From assembly GCA_025786725.1 (NCBI GenBank), contig JAHLTZ010000019.1, positions 186,001 through 250,000 on the forward strand: a stretch of DNA of 64,000 nucleotides, written 5' to 3'. Positions 41,504 through 62,936 of this stretch are shown here, piece by piece. The first letter of the stretch is position 1. Every line of letters begins with the position of its first letter. A program made the position numbers and the translations under genes. Source of the stretch: Syncephalis fuscata S228. Taxonomy: Eukaryota > Fungi > Zoopagomycota. A model generated the notes under the pieces. That model saw only the letters and a list, made by a program, of their open reading frames with translations, had not been told where the DNA came from and ran no database searches.

Positions 41504-44500
41504 TTATACATCTTTCGATTCAACTGCCTCTTCTTGAATAGACGGGACACGTTGCATTTCAGGCGATTGTGCTATCGTAGCATTAGCCGGTAATTGACCA
41601 TCTGTAGGGTGGCATTCTTCAATTCTCAATGCTTCAGTGCCGCTCCCTCCTTCTTCTTCTTGTTGTTGTTGTTCACGTACTATTTGATAAAGTTGATTAA
41701 TTGTTTCAACGCAATGCGTAGCCTCGTTGCGTGTATGGAATAGGAATACCCAATAGCCTGCTCTGTCCATCATGCCTTCATCGTCCACTTCTTCTTTATT
41801 GTCAATTCGGTAGTCTAATCGTACGCTACATGACCAACTCGCTGCCGTATAACCTTCATGCGCTTGTTCATCGACCAGCGCTGCACTCCATCCAACACGA
41901 GCATAAGTTAGTTTACTAATATTTAATAAAGGCACTTTTTTGAATGCTTCAAAACGAGGCACCACTGTCGACATTTTATCACCTTGAACAGGTGTTTTAT
42001 GGTAGTTGCCAAGCACAGAGTGTGCATCATCAATCGATGGTGGCCATACATCAAATCGCTCTGTTGTGATATATAGATGCTGTAAAGTGGCCACTAGTGT
42101 ACACGATCGAATACATTTATCTTGTGGCGATACCCAAGCCGTTAACCAAATGGGTTCGGGCAACGTTTCAATTAAATTCTCTTCAAAGGCCATTGTTATA
42201 GCATCAGATTCTTCAGGTGTCCAAATGGTCTGTGCCAAACATTCACGCCATAGTTTTGTATCATGTCGAACGAGTTTGTCGAATGATTTACTTTCTCCAT
42301 CATTTTGCTGCTGTTGTTGTTGTGTAGTCCATTCAAATTTATGTTGAAGTAAATCTAATATTTCATCACAACGTTCAATATCCCGTATAAATATAGCAAT
42401 GGATCGTTGATCTTCACTACTACTACTACCACCACCACTGCTACTATTATTATTATTACTGCTATGATCTTGATCACTTTTTGTGGTTGGTGGCTGTAAG
42501 TGGAACGTTAGTGATTGCTGTCGAGGACCAACATCGATATGTGCCAATTGATCAGGGGTTATTTTACGTAGAATATGCAAATATTGCTCTGGCCTGCCTT
42601 CAGCCACCTTGTTAGTAACACCAAGTAGATTAGGTGCTACTACCGGTGCACTATTTGGACTAGAGGCAGTAGAGTCTCGTTGCCATGAAAATGGATTATA
42701 AATGGAGGCTGCCGCCGCCACTGCCGCCACACCACCCGTTAATGGACGGCACAGTTCAACTAGATAGAAGGCCTTGGTTGACAGTGCCAAATAAACGGGC
42801 CGTTCAACTGGGCAATGCGTTGGTACATTATTAGACGGTTCACCTCGTACACGTGTCCATCGAGCTGCTGCTGATGCAATAGATACATTGGGTGGGGCCT
42901 GTATAATAAATGAACATGGTATCCACGTCAATAGATTCTCGCTATCATCTTCAAATACGCTAAGATGAAAATGAAGACGTAGCGAATTGGAATTCGTTTG
43001 ATAGGGTGGCAGTATCGGCTGATAACCAAGCAATGAAGTAAATACATTTTCATGAGGTACAGCCGCCACTTCTGCTACCCGTCCAGCTAACCGCGACCAT
43101 CCAGATAGATGCGAAGGCGGCGTTAACGACGACGACGACGATAATACAGGACTATTGGCCGAATCTGATGGATCTTTATAATGGCCACCAAGATTTAAAA
43201 ATGTATCCATTTTAGGCCACGAAGGACTGACCGATGACATTAACGATGCCAATAAACTAGAATCAGTATTACTGGAAAGCTTATCAGCCGAACTAGACAA
43301 TCCTCCCTTATTAACACTAGACGTATTAGTGTCATGCTTGTTATCGCTTTGTGGCCTATTTGTATTGGCCGTATTACTATTGGCTGGTGAATTGTCAAAG
43401 AATTCAACTAGGAATGTACCGCGGCACTGTGGACATTGTTTATCTTCAATAATTCCTGATAACCGATTTGCTTCATCAGTGGTTATGTTATTCAACTCAT
43501 TAGCCATGCCGGTTAAATCATGTTCATGAATACCAATCCATTGACAACTTAGACATTTGGATTGTTTGCACACTTTGTGTACATAGCCGCCTTCCCAATT
43601 AGACTTGTAGGTATGTTCAAATACAGACATTAACTGATCGGCCGCTTTGCTATCCATAATACGATAACGCACGGTAATAATTGGAGCAGTTTTTGTTGCT
43701 TTAAATCGCAGTTGAAGTAGTGTGGCACCGGCCCGGTCAGTACCTGCACGGGCCACGTAAATAAGCGTATTCAAACGTCGACGAGCCATTAACTTTTCAC
43801 CATCTAAATTGATTTCAAGTAATGCTGGATCATTTTTAGTCTCTACCATTAATTGACGCGACTCAAACGGTACTCTAGAGGCACGCCGATGTAATTTAGC
43901 GACTGTTTCTTGTACTTGAGCAATAATGGTTTGTGTATCGGCAGTTAATAGTGGCTTGCCTTCATTTAATGCTGATGTCGGTGTACTGGTCGTCAATGAT
44001 ATAATCGGTATAGGCTTAAATTTATGACTGTCCGACAGAGACCGTTTCATATCCGTGCTATTTTCAGACGTTAATGAAGAGTCATTAAGTAGCAGATCGT
44101 CCTTTGATAAACGGCGTTCAGATGGACTAGTATCATCTTCTTTATCGTCACTAGTGTTATTGCTACTGTTTGATGCCTGTGCTCGCTGCAATCGACTTGC
44201 TCTAATACCCGCCAATGTAATCATTGGTTTAGATGCTGTAGAACTACTTAGTAAATGTTCATTCTGATCATCTTGTATTAATGGATCCACTGATTCACGC
44301 CGTCTTGCATTAGGTGTGGGCGATGCTCGTTCACGATACTGTATTTCATTATAAACCCGAAGCCAGGTTGAACCAGCCTCATTACGCATCGCTTCAATAC
44401 GGCGCCTAAACTCATCACCGGGACGTCCTTGAGGTGGTGAAGACGTATTTACTTGATGCTGTGACGCTTGTCGATAATTAACCATACTTGAAGGTGAGGC

Positions 44501-46704
44501 AGCTCTAAGATTATCTACAGTCGCTCGTCGTTGTCGATGACGAGGTGTATTAATTCCCTTGGTGGGTGTAGCAAGTCCTTCAGATACTGATGCTTCAAGG
44601 CCAATTACTCGATGAACACGTCGAGTCTTGCTGTTATTACTACTACCACTATCAGGTCTAGTAGTAGTAGTAGGACTAGGTACGGTATCCATATCTACCG
44701 GTGATTCATGGGGATCAATCATAATCATGCTATCCGATATGGTTGTGCCTTGAACATCATCTGTATTTACATCATGTTCATTGCTAGGCCATTCAGCCGT
44801 CGATGTCTGACTATTATCCAATGATTCCCATCGATCACTGTCTAATGGTAGACTGGAACCGGTTAAATCGCGCGATAATCGACCATCTGGATTATAGGCA
44901 TCATATGAATTGGGACGTGAACGATTAGGCGAGACTAGAATGCCTAATCCTGTGCTATCACTGCTTTCTCTCTTTAATCCTTCTTCTTGCTGTGATAATG
45001 CCACCAATCGAGTAGGCTTTCGCCGTGGTTTACTTCGTGGTGAGACAGGCGATGGACTAGATGCTGCACCAACTTGAGTGGCTATAATAGCAGCTGGAAT
45101 AGCTTCAACGGCATCTGCAGGTCGGTTCTTCATTTGACGTCGTTCTATAAACGATGGCGTAGCACCGTCAAGATAGAGCTGTGCACCACCATATAATAAT
45201 GAAAATATAGTAACTCGATAATATGGCTATATCATATATAGTATATAGTATATAGTATATAGTATATAATACATTATTAATTAATATATACTACATTATC
45301 AATTACTTACTATTTCGACTAATGGATTGCCCTCTACTTGTAAATGCGATAAATGTAATAGACTAGACAGTCTATTCACTTCGTGTGGATCTTGAATACG
45401 GTTATGACTAATATCCAGTCGTTCCAATCGAGGCAATTGTTCCAAACCCGCAATGGATTGTAATTGATTTGAGGCCAGTGACAACTGTACTAGTGTAGGC
45501 AATAATTCACCCACACCAGTTAATGATTCAATCTTGTTATGGGATAAATCAAGACTGCGTAATTGACCCAAATCCTTTAACGATAATGGCACTGTTGTAA
45601 AAAGATTACGCGATAGATTCAATTCCATACAATGTCGAACATATAGAAATGGATGATCAGGAATATCTGTTAATGAATTGTTCATTAAATCAAGAGCAAT
45701 CAACCGTGGCCACACTTCCATCGGCGATAATTGGCACAGTGCTTCTAGATCCACTATAGTATATAAATGAGTCACTTATACATATATGCATATAAATAAA
45801 TATAGGTTGATTTACCTTGTGTAGATACTGCATTTTCGCCTTCACTTTCCTTGTTCTTTTCATGTCGCTCATTCATCATACGTTGATGCATTTCAAGTTG
45901 TAATGTTTTTAATAACAAATCCTCAACCTTATTTAATCGACCACGACAACCTACACGTTCTAGCTGTGATTGTAGTCGCATCCATCCAGTTAAGGCTAAT
46001 GGCGATATTTTAACCACTTCCAGTTGTCGTATATTACTAAATGCTCCCAGTGATACTTGAATACCTTCTGGTCGATCTGTACCATCATCTGCATCTAATA
46101 TACGACGTTTACCAAATGGGCCAATACGTACAGCGGCAATTTGTTGCATACATTGATGAATAAATCGTACATCTTCTTCGACGGTTGTATGAGGTGCTTC
46201 ATTCGCCTTATTACTATTGCTGCCCGTGGATGACCATCGAGCAAACCCAGTAAGGAGAGTCATCGCTGTTGATGCCACTGATCGATGTGACGCTACTGAT
46301 ACAATAGAGGGCGGTTTTACTGCCCGTTGTAAGCTTGCTACGGCAGCTGAAGCAGTATTTGTCGTATCTTTATTCTGTCCTAGTGTTGCTGACTTCGTCA
46401 TCTGACCTTGTGCCTCAATGTTAGACTCAATGACGTCATCCTCCCATTCCAATATAGCAAGTCCAAGCTCTTCAAAACGAGCATTTAAATAAAATAGATG
46501 CCATGGATCGACAATAAACGGTGTCAAGTTGTTATTGTTAACACTACTACTACTGCCACTGCCACTGCCATTGCTATAGCCTAGCCATGATACAAGAATA
46601 TTGGTGGCAGTAGAGGCATTGGACGGATGATGACTCCAGGTCGACTCATGACTACGCATGTAAGCAGACAGCGTCCGTATAAACTGGTCACCCGTAACGT
46701 GCAT
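41504..46704 (-). CDS. Leucine-rich repeat protein, STK11IP/nischarin-like
   Basis: MHVTGDQFIRTLSAYMRSHE..PWHLFYLNARFEELGL N-terminus, LRR exon (45299-45750), EFRRRIEAMRNEAGSTWLRV, CxxC..CxxC knuckle (CLSCQW..CPQCRG) and PH-like C-terminal segments. Confidence 0.8.
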
Positions 46705-47046
46705 TCCTCTAGTTATCACGTATTCAGTCTGATGAAACTAGACCACTGCCACAACACCACAAATATTATCAAGTTATACAAAAAAGCGGGAAATAAGAGA
46801 AAGAGAAACGGATATACGAATAAATAATGATCAAAGGATAATTCATTACATCATTTATTACTATATAATCGTTGTTGTTATTATTATTGTTATTATTATT
46901 ATAGTTACTAATCACCAATCACCAATTATTTATATTTTATTACTTATCATTATTAGCACTTTTAATTAATTGGTTGGTATTATTGTTACAATGCCAATCT
47001 TTTATAATAAAACTAAAACAAACTAAACATTATTTATAATAAAAAT

Positions 47047-52836
<5,790 letters not shown>

Positions 52837-54297
52837 CGCGTAAAAATAGATGAGTGGTAAAGATGATGAAACAGGTGGTAGCCAATTGTCAATGTTGCAG
52901 TAGCATACAATGCTCAACAACTAAACTATGTCCTCACTCACCACACGCACAATTGTTACACACACACACACTAAATATTGAATAAAAGCGATAATAATAG
53001 TGTGTGTATGTAGTTTGATGTGTATTATAGTGTGGAGGTGGTGCTACTGCTACTGTTACTGTTGTTATTGTTATGGTCGTTGTTGTTGTTGCTACTGCTG
53101 CTGCTTCCGTCGTCGTTGTTGTTGCTGTTGTTGCTATTGCTGTTGTTGCAACTATTGTTAACGATAATAGTGGTAATAGCAGTAGTAACGGCAGCAAGGC
53201 AGTAATAGTAGTAATAGTAGTAATAGTAGCTTGCGTATGTAGAGAAAGAAAGGATGACGAGCGAATAAGAGAAAGAGACAAAGACACGATTCAATAGTCG
53301 TCTCGCTTAAGCTACTATAACTTCAACTGCAACAACAATAATAATAATAAAACAACAACAACAAAACGTTACTGAGGCGCGTGTCAAAATCAGGCCAGTA
53401 GGCCCATACACTAACCGCGCGCACGTACACGTATCAAAAATAACGATGAACTATGCACGGATGCGATGAGTGCAGTAAGAGAGATGATGAAATAGAACCG
53501 CACTAAATGACACCTGCAAGCGAAAAGGAAAAGGATTGGAAAGTAGTGAAAGTAAGTAAGTAGCGAGGTGCTTCTGCATGCGGGAGTGTGAATAGAAGTG
53601 TGTGTGTGTGTGTGGTGTGCATAGATTGAATGGATATATGCGTACTGTGTATGGTAAAAATGAGTGGTGGCTATATGCGTACTCTCTGGGTGTGTGGGTG
53701 TGTGGTTAATAATTTTAGATAGTTTGTAGGAGATGAGAACCAATAACTTTTTCGTAGGTCGCCTTTCTCCTTGCTCTAATTCGTTCCTGTTATTATAATG
53801 TTGAACATCATTCATTCATCCACTCAGTCATGTTTACATTCATTTCTCCCCTATTTTACTACTTGTTCTTCTCCATACGGGTATTGGCTTTCTTTATCTT
53901 TCTATTCCATTCTCCTTCTATTCCCCTTCAATTGATATACGTGACTTCTATTGATCAATTAAGTTAAATACTATGAATAATATAAACAGTCAATATTTAC
54001 ACGCTATTATTAATGATATTATCAGTTAACTAAGCATTATTAGGATGAATATGTACAAGTTGTAGACTATAATAGATTTAAATACAGCACATTAGAAATG
54101 GTATAAAAGGTCTTATAATATATTTAGTATTAAAATTAAATGTTTATCTAGACAGTATTTATATTTGGAAAATAGTACTAGACACTGGATTAATAATATT
54201 CATTTTAATAAAAAAGTGTAAATGATCAAGTTGTATATTGCCATATTTAGTAACAATATAATAGTAATAGTAATATAATAGTAGTGTTACTATTTAA

Positions 54298-56390
54298 TTA
54301 GTATCCAGCTGCCTTTCCATGCTTTCGTCCATCGCTAACGGCTTGGATTTCCTCTGCCACCGCCTTATTTTTGCTATAAGGCCGATAAATGGCTTGGACT
54401 GAGGATTGGCTTACTTCGACAGGCGACCAAGCAAGTGTATGTCCTCGTTGACTGAGTTGCTTGGCAGTATCTTGATCAAACGCTGATTCAACCGTCAATA
54501 GATTAGGCAGTAATTGATGATGATATCGCGGCGCGTTGATTGCTGCATCCAGTGACATTTTATAGTCGATAGTATTTAGTAGAACCGACAATACACTTGT
54601 AATAATTCGAGTGCCACCACTTGCTCCGGCGGCAAAAATAACTTGGCCATCTTGTTCAACAATGATCGGCACACTTGAAGAAAGTGGTCGTTTACCGGGA
54701 CGGATAAAGTTGTTGATTGCAGGTGGTAGGCCAAATGCATTGGGTACGCCTGGTGTAGAAAAATCGTCCATCTCGTTATTTAGAATAACACCAGCACTAG
54801 GTGAGATAACACGCGAACCAAAGTATAGATTAACTGTTGACATGACTGACACTGTTTGGCCATGTTGATCAAGTACAGTTGTATGGGTTGTTCCATGTGG
54901 ATTATTGCCGGCAAGATGTGGATGATAGTATTCAGGTGGAAATGTCTTGTTCTAATGGACTATTTTGTTAACAGAAATAAAAAGGTAAACTAGCAGCACT
55001 TACATCGTCGATGCGTGAGCGAAGTTGTTTGGCTGTTGCTTTGTTTGTAATATTTTGTATATTATCTGCTATATCAACAAAGCTTGGATCGCCCAATTCA
55101 GTACGTTGGGCAAATCCGTGTTTAAATGATTCGATAATTCGATGATAATCAACGGCTGGAATGTTATTGTTATTGTTCAATGAAGTCAAGTTGAATCCCT
55201 CAAGTATATTTAGTACGCTTAGCAAGACAGGACCTGAGGTAGGTGCATCGGATGTAAAGATGCGTCGTCCATGATATGTGCCATTCAAAGCTGGGCGTAC
55301 AACTGCCTGGTAATCTACAAAATCTTTTTTGGTATGAATACCTTTAGCACCGCGAATAGCTTGTACTAGTTCGTCGGCAATACTGCCGGTGTAAAAGGCA
55401 TCGGCACCGTTCTTTGCTATGGTTTCAAGTGTATCGGCCAATGCCTTGCGATAGCAAGTTTCACCTGCTTTGAGTACCTGACCGTTGCGTGAATAAACTT
55501 CACGGAATCCAGGTGTAGATAATATAGTAGAAGCAATGCCCTGTAAGAATATTAGTACTATATAATGCGTAGAAATATTAGTTACTTACACTCAAGCGTG
55601 TTGCTAACAATGGACTAACAATAAAGCCATCTCGATTGAGTTTAATAATAGGTGCAATCAATTCAGACCATGGCAGTTTGCCGTAGCGCTTGTGAGCAGC
55701 ATCATAGCCACGAATCTCTCCTCTAATCTATTCATTAGTACAATACTTGTTATCCATTATTTGTAATAGCTTACGGAACACCAACTGCCAGTCCACCACT
55801 TGTGGAGGCACCGGGCCGATCTTTAAACATAAGCTCGCTAGCACCGGCTGGCGCAGTTTCACGGAAATCAATCGTTGTTGCAGTGCCATCCGTATCGCGA
55901 ACAAGCATAAAGCCACCACCGCCAATGCCCGAGGAAAAGCTATTAATTGTGCCGATACAAAGCGTAGATGTAATAGCTGCATCAACGGCTGAACCGCCCT
56001 TTTTCAAAACTATTGTAGCATGTAAGTACTAACATTCTAGTATTAAGCATATCTACTTACTATCAACACCCAGCTGCGAGCAAGTTTCATGCTCTGCAGC
56101 AACGGCACCTGTTTAGCCTTGATTAGTTGTGCTGTTGGCCAGCCTAAAATTAACGCTTAGTATGACGTAATAGACATTGCGTATCGCTTGCGTATTCATT
56201 ACTACTTACTTGTACCCTCAACACCATCATCCAAGCTAATAACATTAGCTAGAACGAGAAGAGTGGCAATTGATATGAATCCTATTGCTAAAACTCGTTG
56301 TTTAAAGCGAGTTGACCAGGATTCTTGCTTAAATATAATTTCTTGCTTCTTGCCCAATATTGGCTGATACGGCAGGATCGATCTCTTCAT
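54298..56390 (-). CDS. ECM38: Gamma-glutamyltranspeptidase (type II membrane anchor)
   Basis: [26 protein letters not shown], nucleophile motif [31 protein letters not shown] and SDGRKHG. Apparent 1-nt deletion at ~56113. Confidence 0.96.
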
Positions 56391-57844
56391 TGTCAAAGAA
56401 TCAATGGTATGACGATGTTGCTGTGGGACTGGCAATTAGTACAGCAACTATGATAAACTACAAGGCTGGGGAATACTGATTGGGAATGTTGCGGTGTTTG
56501 GCTTATCGTGCCGGCTTAAATACTGTTTATCGTGGGAGCGGAGTCTTGTGCTACCATATGATGGTACAATTGGCACGAGCATTGTCGCAATAACAAATGT
56601 AGCACCTTCCAAATGATCCAGTAAACATGTCTTAGTTGCCATTTATGACCCACCAATCATTTTGGTGTCCCTTTTGTCACGGACCCATGTTACTTTTTAG
56701 AGTGCTATACTAAATTATTCTCTTATCATAATTACAGTCTATTTGTAATAAAATTGTTTAAAGGCTGCTGATTAATATTAATAATAAACATTCACATGTA
56801 TAATTCTAAAGATTTGTCTATACAGAGGACATTATTATAGTTATAAAGAAATAGTGCCTTGGCCTATATAACAGTGTTTTATATTATTCCTTTTTTTAAA
56901 AAAAAACGGTGTTAATATGTTTTATATTATTCCAAGTCACCTATTTTTAGACATAATACCATTATTAGTAAATTTGATCATTGCCAGTCATTACCGTAAA
57001 CAGTAGACCAACCACGTGCGATAAATGCTATTCTATCTACTACATTTTATTACTTGCACTTTCAGCTCATTATTCGCAACTAATAAAGGAAAATCTGATT
57101 GCTTTGTGGTTGAATTTTCCTGCAATACCAAATAGTGAACGTTAATTTGAAAAACACTCTTGTTGTTTATGTCATTATTACTGTTTGATATTTATTAAAT
57201 ATATTATTCCTTAATTACAAATTTCTACGTACTTAATTATAACAGCATAATAATCGCTCAAACATTATTTTATTTGTTATTTGCTATTTTCAATTATCAA
57301 TAAAAAACAATTTATTAATTACTAATAAATACTATTTAGTTAGTCTTATTTACAACAGCATAAAGTTAATAGATAATAACAATAAATTGATTAAAAAGAG
57401 TAAAGTGTAGCAGAAAGTAAGTGCAAATGGCAAATAGCGATTTAAATATAAAGCAATTCAATCAACTCGTTAACTATTCAAATTGTTATTAAGCAAGTTT
57501 GTGTAGATGTATAAAAAGAACATTAGAAAACACGAAGACTGCTGGATTAAAGCGTAAAACACATGTTGTTCTTGAGTGCCAATATTGTGATATAATATGG
57601 ATTTGCAATGTGATGACTGTAAAAATATACATGATATTTTCACACACAAAACAAAAAAGATAAAAGTCCGATTGAATTCAGGTATAAATCAGCCAATCAT
57701 CAATTTCTGCACCGTAATGTGGGTAATAATACATTCTCTCTCTCTCTGGACATGCTTCAGTAAGCAGCATTTAAGTTGTTAAGTATTCAACTACTGTGGA
57801 ATGATTGCAGTTAAAATGGTCAATGACGTCTTTATAGAAACAAA

Positions 57845-60428
57845 TTACACAATAAACACGCTATCCTCTCCTAGGTTAGCATCAGCCACGATGGATGCTA
57901 GAATTGGATCGGCACCATTAACAGCAAGACGACCATTAAGTAAATAGGCCTGATTATTGCTTTCCACATACTCTTGAAGATAGTTGTAATTCACCATCAT
58001 GCCGCAAGATTCGTCATTGCCACGTTCTGCTCAATTATAGCCTTATAAATACACAGTAATTTATAAGCGCGCATCACATTCACCACTTGCCTGTTGTATT
58101 GGCCAGCCAATTAATACGGTAGACGCAGGCACCATTGCGTAAATGGAAATGGGCTATAGGTTTATAAGTACAATAATATTATTAACAATGATGATAATAA
58201 CATACCGACTGGGTCAAAAGCAAAACTACGTCGTTTTTCAACCACAAGATATCTATAAAATAATTAGTCAATGGCAATAGCTGCTATACTGGCTATATAC
58301 CGTGCACATAACATCATAAGCGGCAATCTTAATGTCTCAGTCAACGCGGTGTTAGACATCCATTGCGGTGAATCAGTAACATCCTTGTATCGATGTATTA
58401 ATAGTTGATCAACTTGGATTCAATTAGTTTCTATCTACTTACTAGCAACAATTGACCAAATGATTTTGACTCGTTTTTGGCTGACGATGACTGGCTAATA
58501 AGAGCCTTACGCGCCTCACCAATAACGTTTGATGGTAGTAGCTTGTCAATTGTCGCTACATTCTGTTGCATCCAGTTACGGAAATGTGTAATTGGCGATA
58601 ACGTACAGAACGTTTCAATTTTAGGAAATTCGACTTGCAATTCACCAACGACCCGTTTAATCAAAAAGCTACCTAATTCAACTCCACTTAATCCTAAATT
58701 AATGCAATTAGGCGTGTTACACTAAATAATTAAACATTTCATAGCCAATACCTTTTCGCGTAGAAATAGAATAAAATATGCCACATTTGACCATATCAGC
58801 ACTTACAGATCCTGGATTTGGATCGTTAATAATGGCCTAAATTCAAGTTTTTGTTTATTTTAATAATTCCCAACTGCTATTAATCAACCTACTTGAACAT
58901 TATCAGAAATCTTGGGCACAAGAGCTACCTAATTAAATGGGTTATCAGCTGCTCCAATAATGCTAGCCATATCAAATTCAATTTACCTGCACCGATACCA
59001 ACGGCGATAAAGGTATGCTGCGATGGAAAAAGCCAAAACAGCGCCGACCTGGCCCAAGACGTCTTCGTGGTAAAATTAAATAAATTGTAAATGCTGCATG
59101 CTATTTCCATCCTTGTATCAATATTAAACTTACTGTTTTAAATCACGCCATCCTTGAAACGGATGTACAGCTTCATATTCGGTAATCTAAATAATTAAAT
59201 AATTAATAGCCAATTACTTTTACCTAATAATAAGCATAGTACTTTTTCTAATAGTGCAGCGGGAGACGTCCAAGTAACACGCTCCAAGTCCAAAAATCCA
59301 AGTAACCAACCTTGTAGTTTCTCGCGCAGGCTATCATTAACTGCGGCCAAATCGCTATCGTCACGATGGGTTCGAATCATATCCTATAAACATATAATAT
59401 TAGTACAAACAGTATAGCTACAAATATGCATTTCATACCAATAGATCTGTTCGCAATTCAACAAGAAATCGCATACCATTAGGCAATCGGTTTACACGGT
59501 CAAAAAAGAGATGAGACACTGGTTGTAAAGTATGGCGTAAAATCTGTTGTGTACGTAATAATGTACGAGAAGACGTCGTCTGCTAACATTTCCTAATAAT
59601 TAACATTTTCTATTTCCATGCCTTATCCAATAATCACTTACCGCATCGCACTCCAACTTTAAATAATCCTTGGCAGCATTAGTTGCTTTCTCATTTTGTA
59701 CACCAATTCCTGACCAAGTAATTTTAAAAACTGCAGCTTTCCTTCCTACAATATTATCAGTGTAATTCCTTAATCATCATTGGTACTTATCTGCTTACCT
59801 GATCAGCTGCTTGATAAATCTCACAACAACGTCGTGCCGATACACTTGGTAGCATATCTCCTTGGCCCGGACGAACATTAACAATATTCATAATCAATTG
59901 ACGTACCTCATCTAGATTGGGCGATGTAGTAATTGTTTGCTGTGTCGCTGTATAAGCAAATAATCCTACACACATATATCATTAATAAACCATTAATAAA
60001 CTAGATTACTATTAATCACCTGGCTCGTGACCATATTGCGCAACATCTTTCCAATAACCTTTTACATCACCTGACTGAAGTGACGATTTAATCGATGCTT
60101 CATGTTGCTTTAACTTGTCAATAGGCTGCCATTTATTCGTTTGTTTAGAGGATTGTGGTGAATTGGATGCCGTATCGATACGCTGTCCTTGCGTCGTTTT
60201 TGCATTGCCATCGCTATTGGACTGCCTCTCGGCTGACCGTTTATTATCACCGGTCATGACAGTGGTATGTAGTAAACGCGTATACTGCTGCCTCGACACC
60301 TGTGACGAATAAACCCAACTGTCGTGCTGTATACTAGGAATGCCACGAGATGAAGTCGACGGCACTGTTCTACACGATAATGAGGAATGCTTTGTCAACA
60401 GTAGTCGGTGGAATAGAGAGCGTTGCAT
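57845..60428 (-). CDS. MLYCD: Malonyl-CoA decarboxylase with mitochondrial-type presequence
   Basis: [71 protein letters not shown] and GMMVNY. Arg/Leu/Ser-rich N-terminus. Confidence 0.93.
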
Positions 60429-60848
60429 ATGAAACTAGACGTTGTCACTAGACAAATGATGTAGAGAAAGAGGTAAGCGTCGATGCTGTGGCAGGGTAAC
60501 TAACGTCCTTTTCAAGTAACTATTTCCGCTTAAACATATGAACTTTACTTTTTTGATATTCACTACGTCATAATTAAATCCAACTTGTCGGTTATCAATT
60601 AACCGAATTTCATATTTAAGAGTTCTCACGCATATTCAACTATTAATTAGCGATTTTACTAATTCTATATAAAAAACATATTTTAGCCAGTGCCACTATT
60701 ATTGCTATTATTATTGTTATTACTATTTTATAGAATATTTAAATATTTATTAAAAACTCAATTTACACCAGAAATAGATTTGTTCGTTATTTAACTCATC
60801 GATTCTTACTTTCCTTGCCATATTCTTGTTATCTATTTGCCGCGTGCT

Positions 60849-62218
60849 ATGCCGCCTACCTCGCCAACCGATATGGGAAGTGCTTACCGTGCATTGGTGG
60901 CAGCACCAGGTCGATTGTTAAATGAAGTGATCGCGCTTGATACTTCTCGCCGTATTACTATTATGTCGTATAATGTAAGAACTAGATCGCCGTTTGCTAT
61001 ATACGTATATATATATATATATATACTTATGATGGATGACTTAGATACTTGCACAATGTCTTGTTCGGCGTGACATGTTTCCTTATTGCGACAAGAAATC
61101 GCTTAAAGGCTCATTTCGACGGGAAAATATCACTCACGAGTTGCGCCACTATTTACCGGATATTGCCTGTTTACAGGAAGTAGACGAATACGAATCTTAT
61201 TATCGCGAAGCATTTCGGCGGGCTGGCTATGATAGTATTTATGAAGCAGGTCGTAAACGTCACGGTAAGCAACTGATCAATCTTTAGGTAGTATAAGCTA
61301 ATCAATGTCATTGCAATAGGCTGCTGTATTTTATGGCGACGCGACCGTTTTACGCGACACGATTATCAAACAGTTCAATTCGATAGTGCGCAATATCCAA
61401 CTGCTACAACAAATACACGCTGTATTGGCCAATTACTTGCTCTTCGTTTGCGTAATGATTTTGATGAGGCACTTGGCCTTGACCAGCTTTCACTCGAGCA
61501 TCAATCATCGCTTGAGGCAGGAAAGAAGCCAGAACGAAAAGTAGGCGTTATTGTAACTAACCATCATCTGTACTGGCCGCCCAATGCCATGTATGAGCGT
61601 ATGCGTCAAGGATGGATTATGCGCCAACAACTGTTACGACTTAAAGAAAAGCACAAGTTTCCTTCATTTATGTGCGGTGGTAAGTAAAACGTATATTCAA
61701 TATAACTAAATAATTAATATAATAATATTTATTTAGACTTTAACAGCATTCCAACCAGCCCGTTGTACCGCTTAATTACAGGACAGCCACTTCAAAAGGC
61801 TAACCATGAAGAATTGGCAGAAATTCCTACCTCCTATGTCATTAGTGACACGCCAAAGACAGTGGCACCAAGTGCGGTTGCCAATCCGGATCCCGAAACT
61901 TTTAAACCATATACAGAATTTGCAGATGCTTTTGAAGCAATGCCACCGTGTAAAAGCGCCTATGCTCAGTATACTACACTTCATCCGGAATCGGCCTCCG
62001 CTGAATGGGAAGGCGAGGCACGGTTTACCAACTATGCTGTATGGCAGGGTACATTAGACTATATTATGCAAGTCATGGATAAAGAATCACAAGATGTAGA
62101 ACTACTACGGCTGTTACGACTGCCTGATGAGCACATGTGTAAGCCTGGTCTACCTAATCGAGTTTATTCTAGCGATCATTTATGTATTATGGCGGAATAT
62201 GCACTGGCTTCTGAATAA
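60849..62218 (+). CDS. CCR4/nocturnin-family EEP nuclease (Ngl/Angel-like)
   Basis: ITIMSYN|ILAQCLVRRDMFP, PDIACLQEVD, NHHLYWPP, MCG|DFNS, FTNY..GTLDYI and SSDHL. Confidence 0.92.
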
Positions 62219-62936
62219 ATAATATGAAATATAATAGTAATATTATATCATTATATCATTAATATAATAATATAAATAACATTGTTAATGATATCGTTTA
62301 TTTATTAATTAATTGATTATACTATAGTACCAATAAACGATAGTAGTTAGCAATTTAACACTATTGTTTATATTTGTTCAAATATACATATATCTTGGCA
62401 TATATTAGCATATAGTTTGTATTTTTTTAAAGCTGTTGTATTCGTTAGTCTACTATGTATTGTCGTTGCAGATCGTGCTACAACATATTATAGAATACCA
62501 GCAGTATCAAATTACACTGTTACTGCTGAGATTACATATGCTATTGCCAAATGATCTGTAATAACGATTCATAGCAAAAATAAAGCATAAATGAGATTTT
62601 ACAGAATATATTTAGAATAACGTAAAAACAAAACCAGAAATGCACTTATCGTGTCAATAAAGTTGCCAAAAGCAATGATCGGAGTAATGAAGGTCAGATT
62701 ACAAAAGAGCAATGCAAGTACATAGTGTAAATAGTGTTTGTACATAACTAGTAGTCAGTCAACTACTGACACTATTTAGATGGTATATATGGAGTGTACA
62801 AGTATATGCAATGGATATATGCTATCAAGTGTGAAGAAAGAGAAAGGGAAATGTGATGACGTAGATTGTGAGATGTGAGCCTGTCAGTCAATATTTATAG
62901 ACAGATGAGTTAATTGATTAATAAATGGAGTGTAAA

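Noticed and set aside
52934-53297. Overlapping low-complexity ORFs upstream of YAK1 and similar antisense ORFs over CHD1, YAK1 and GGT
   Set aside because: By-products of trinucleotide microsatellites and codon bias, with no domain signal.
62750-62774. Hairpin gtcagt-caact-actgac as a Helitron 3' end
   Set aside because: No correctly spaced CTRR terminus and no Rep/helicase remnant nearby.
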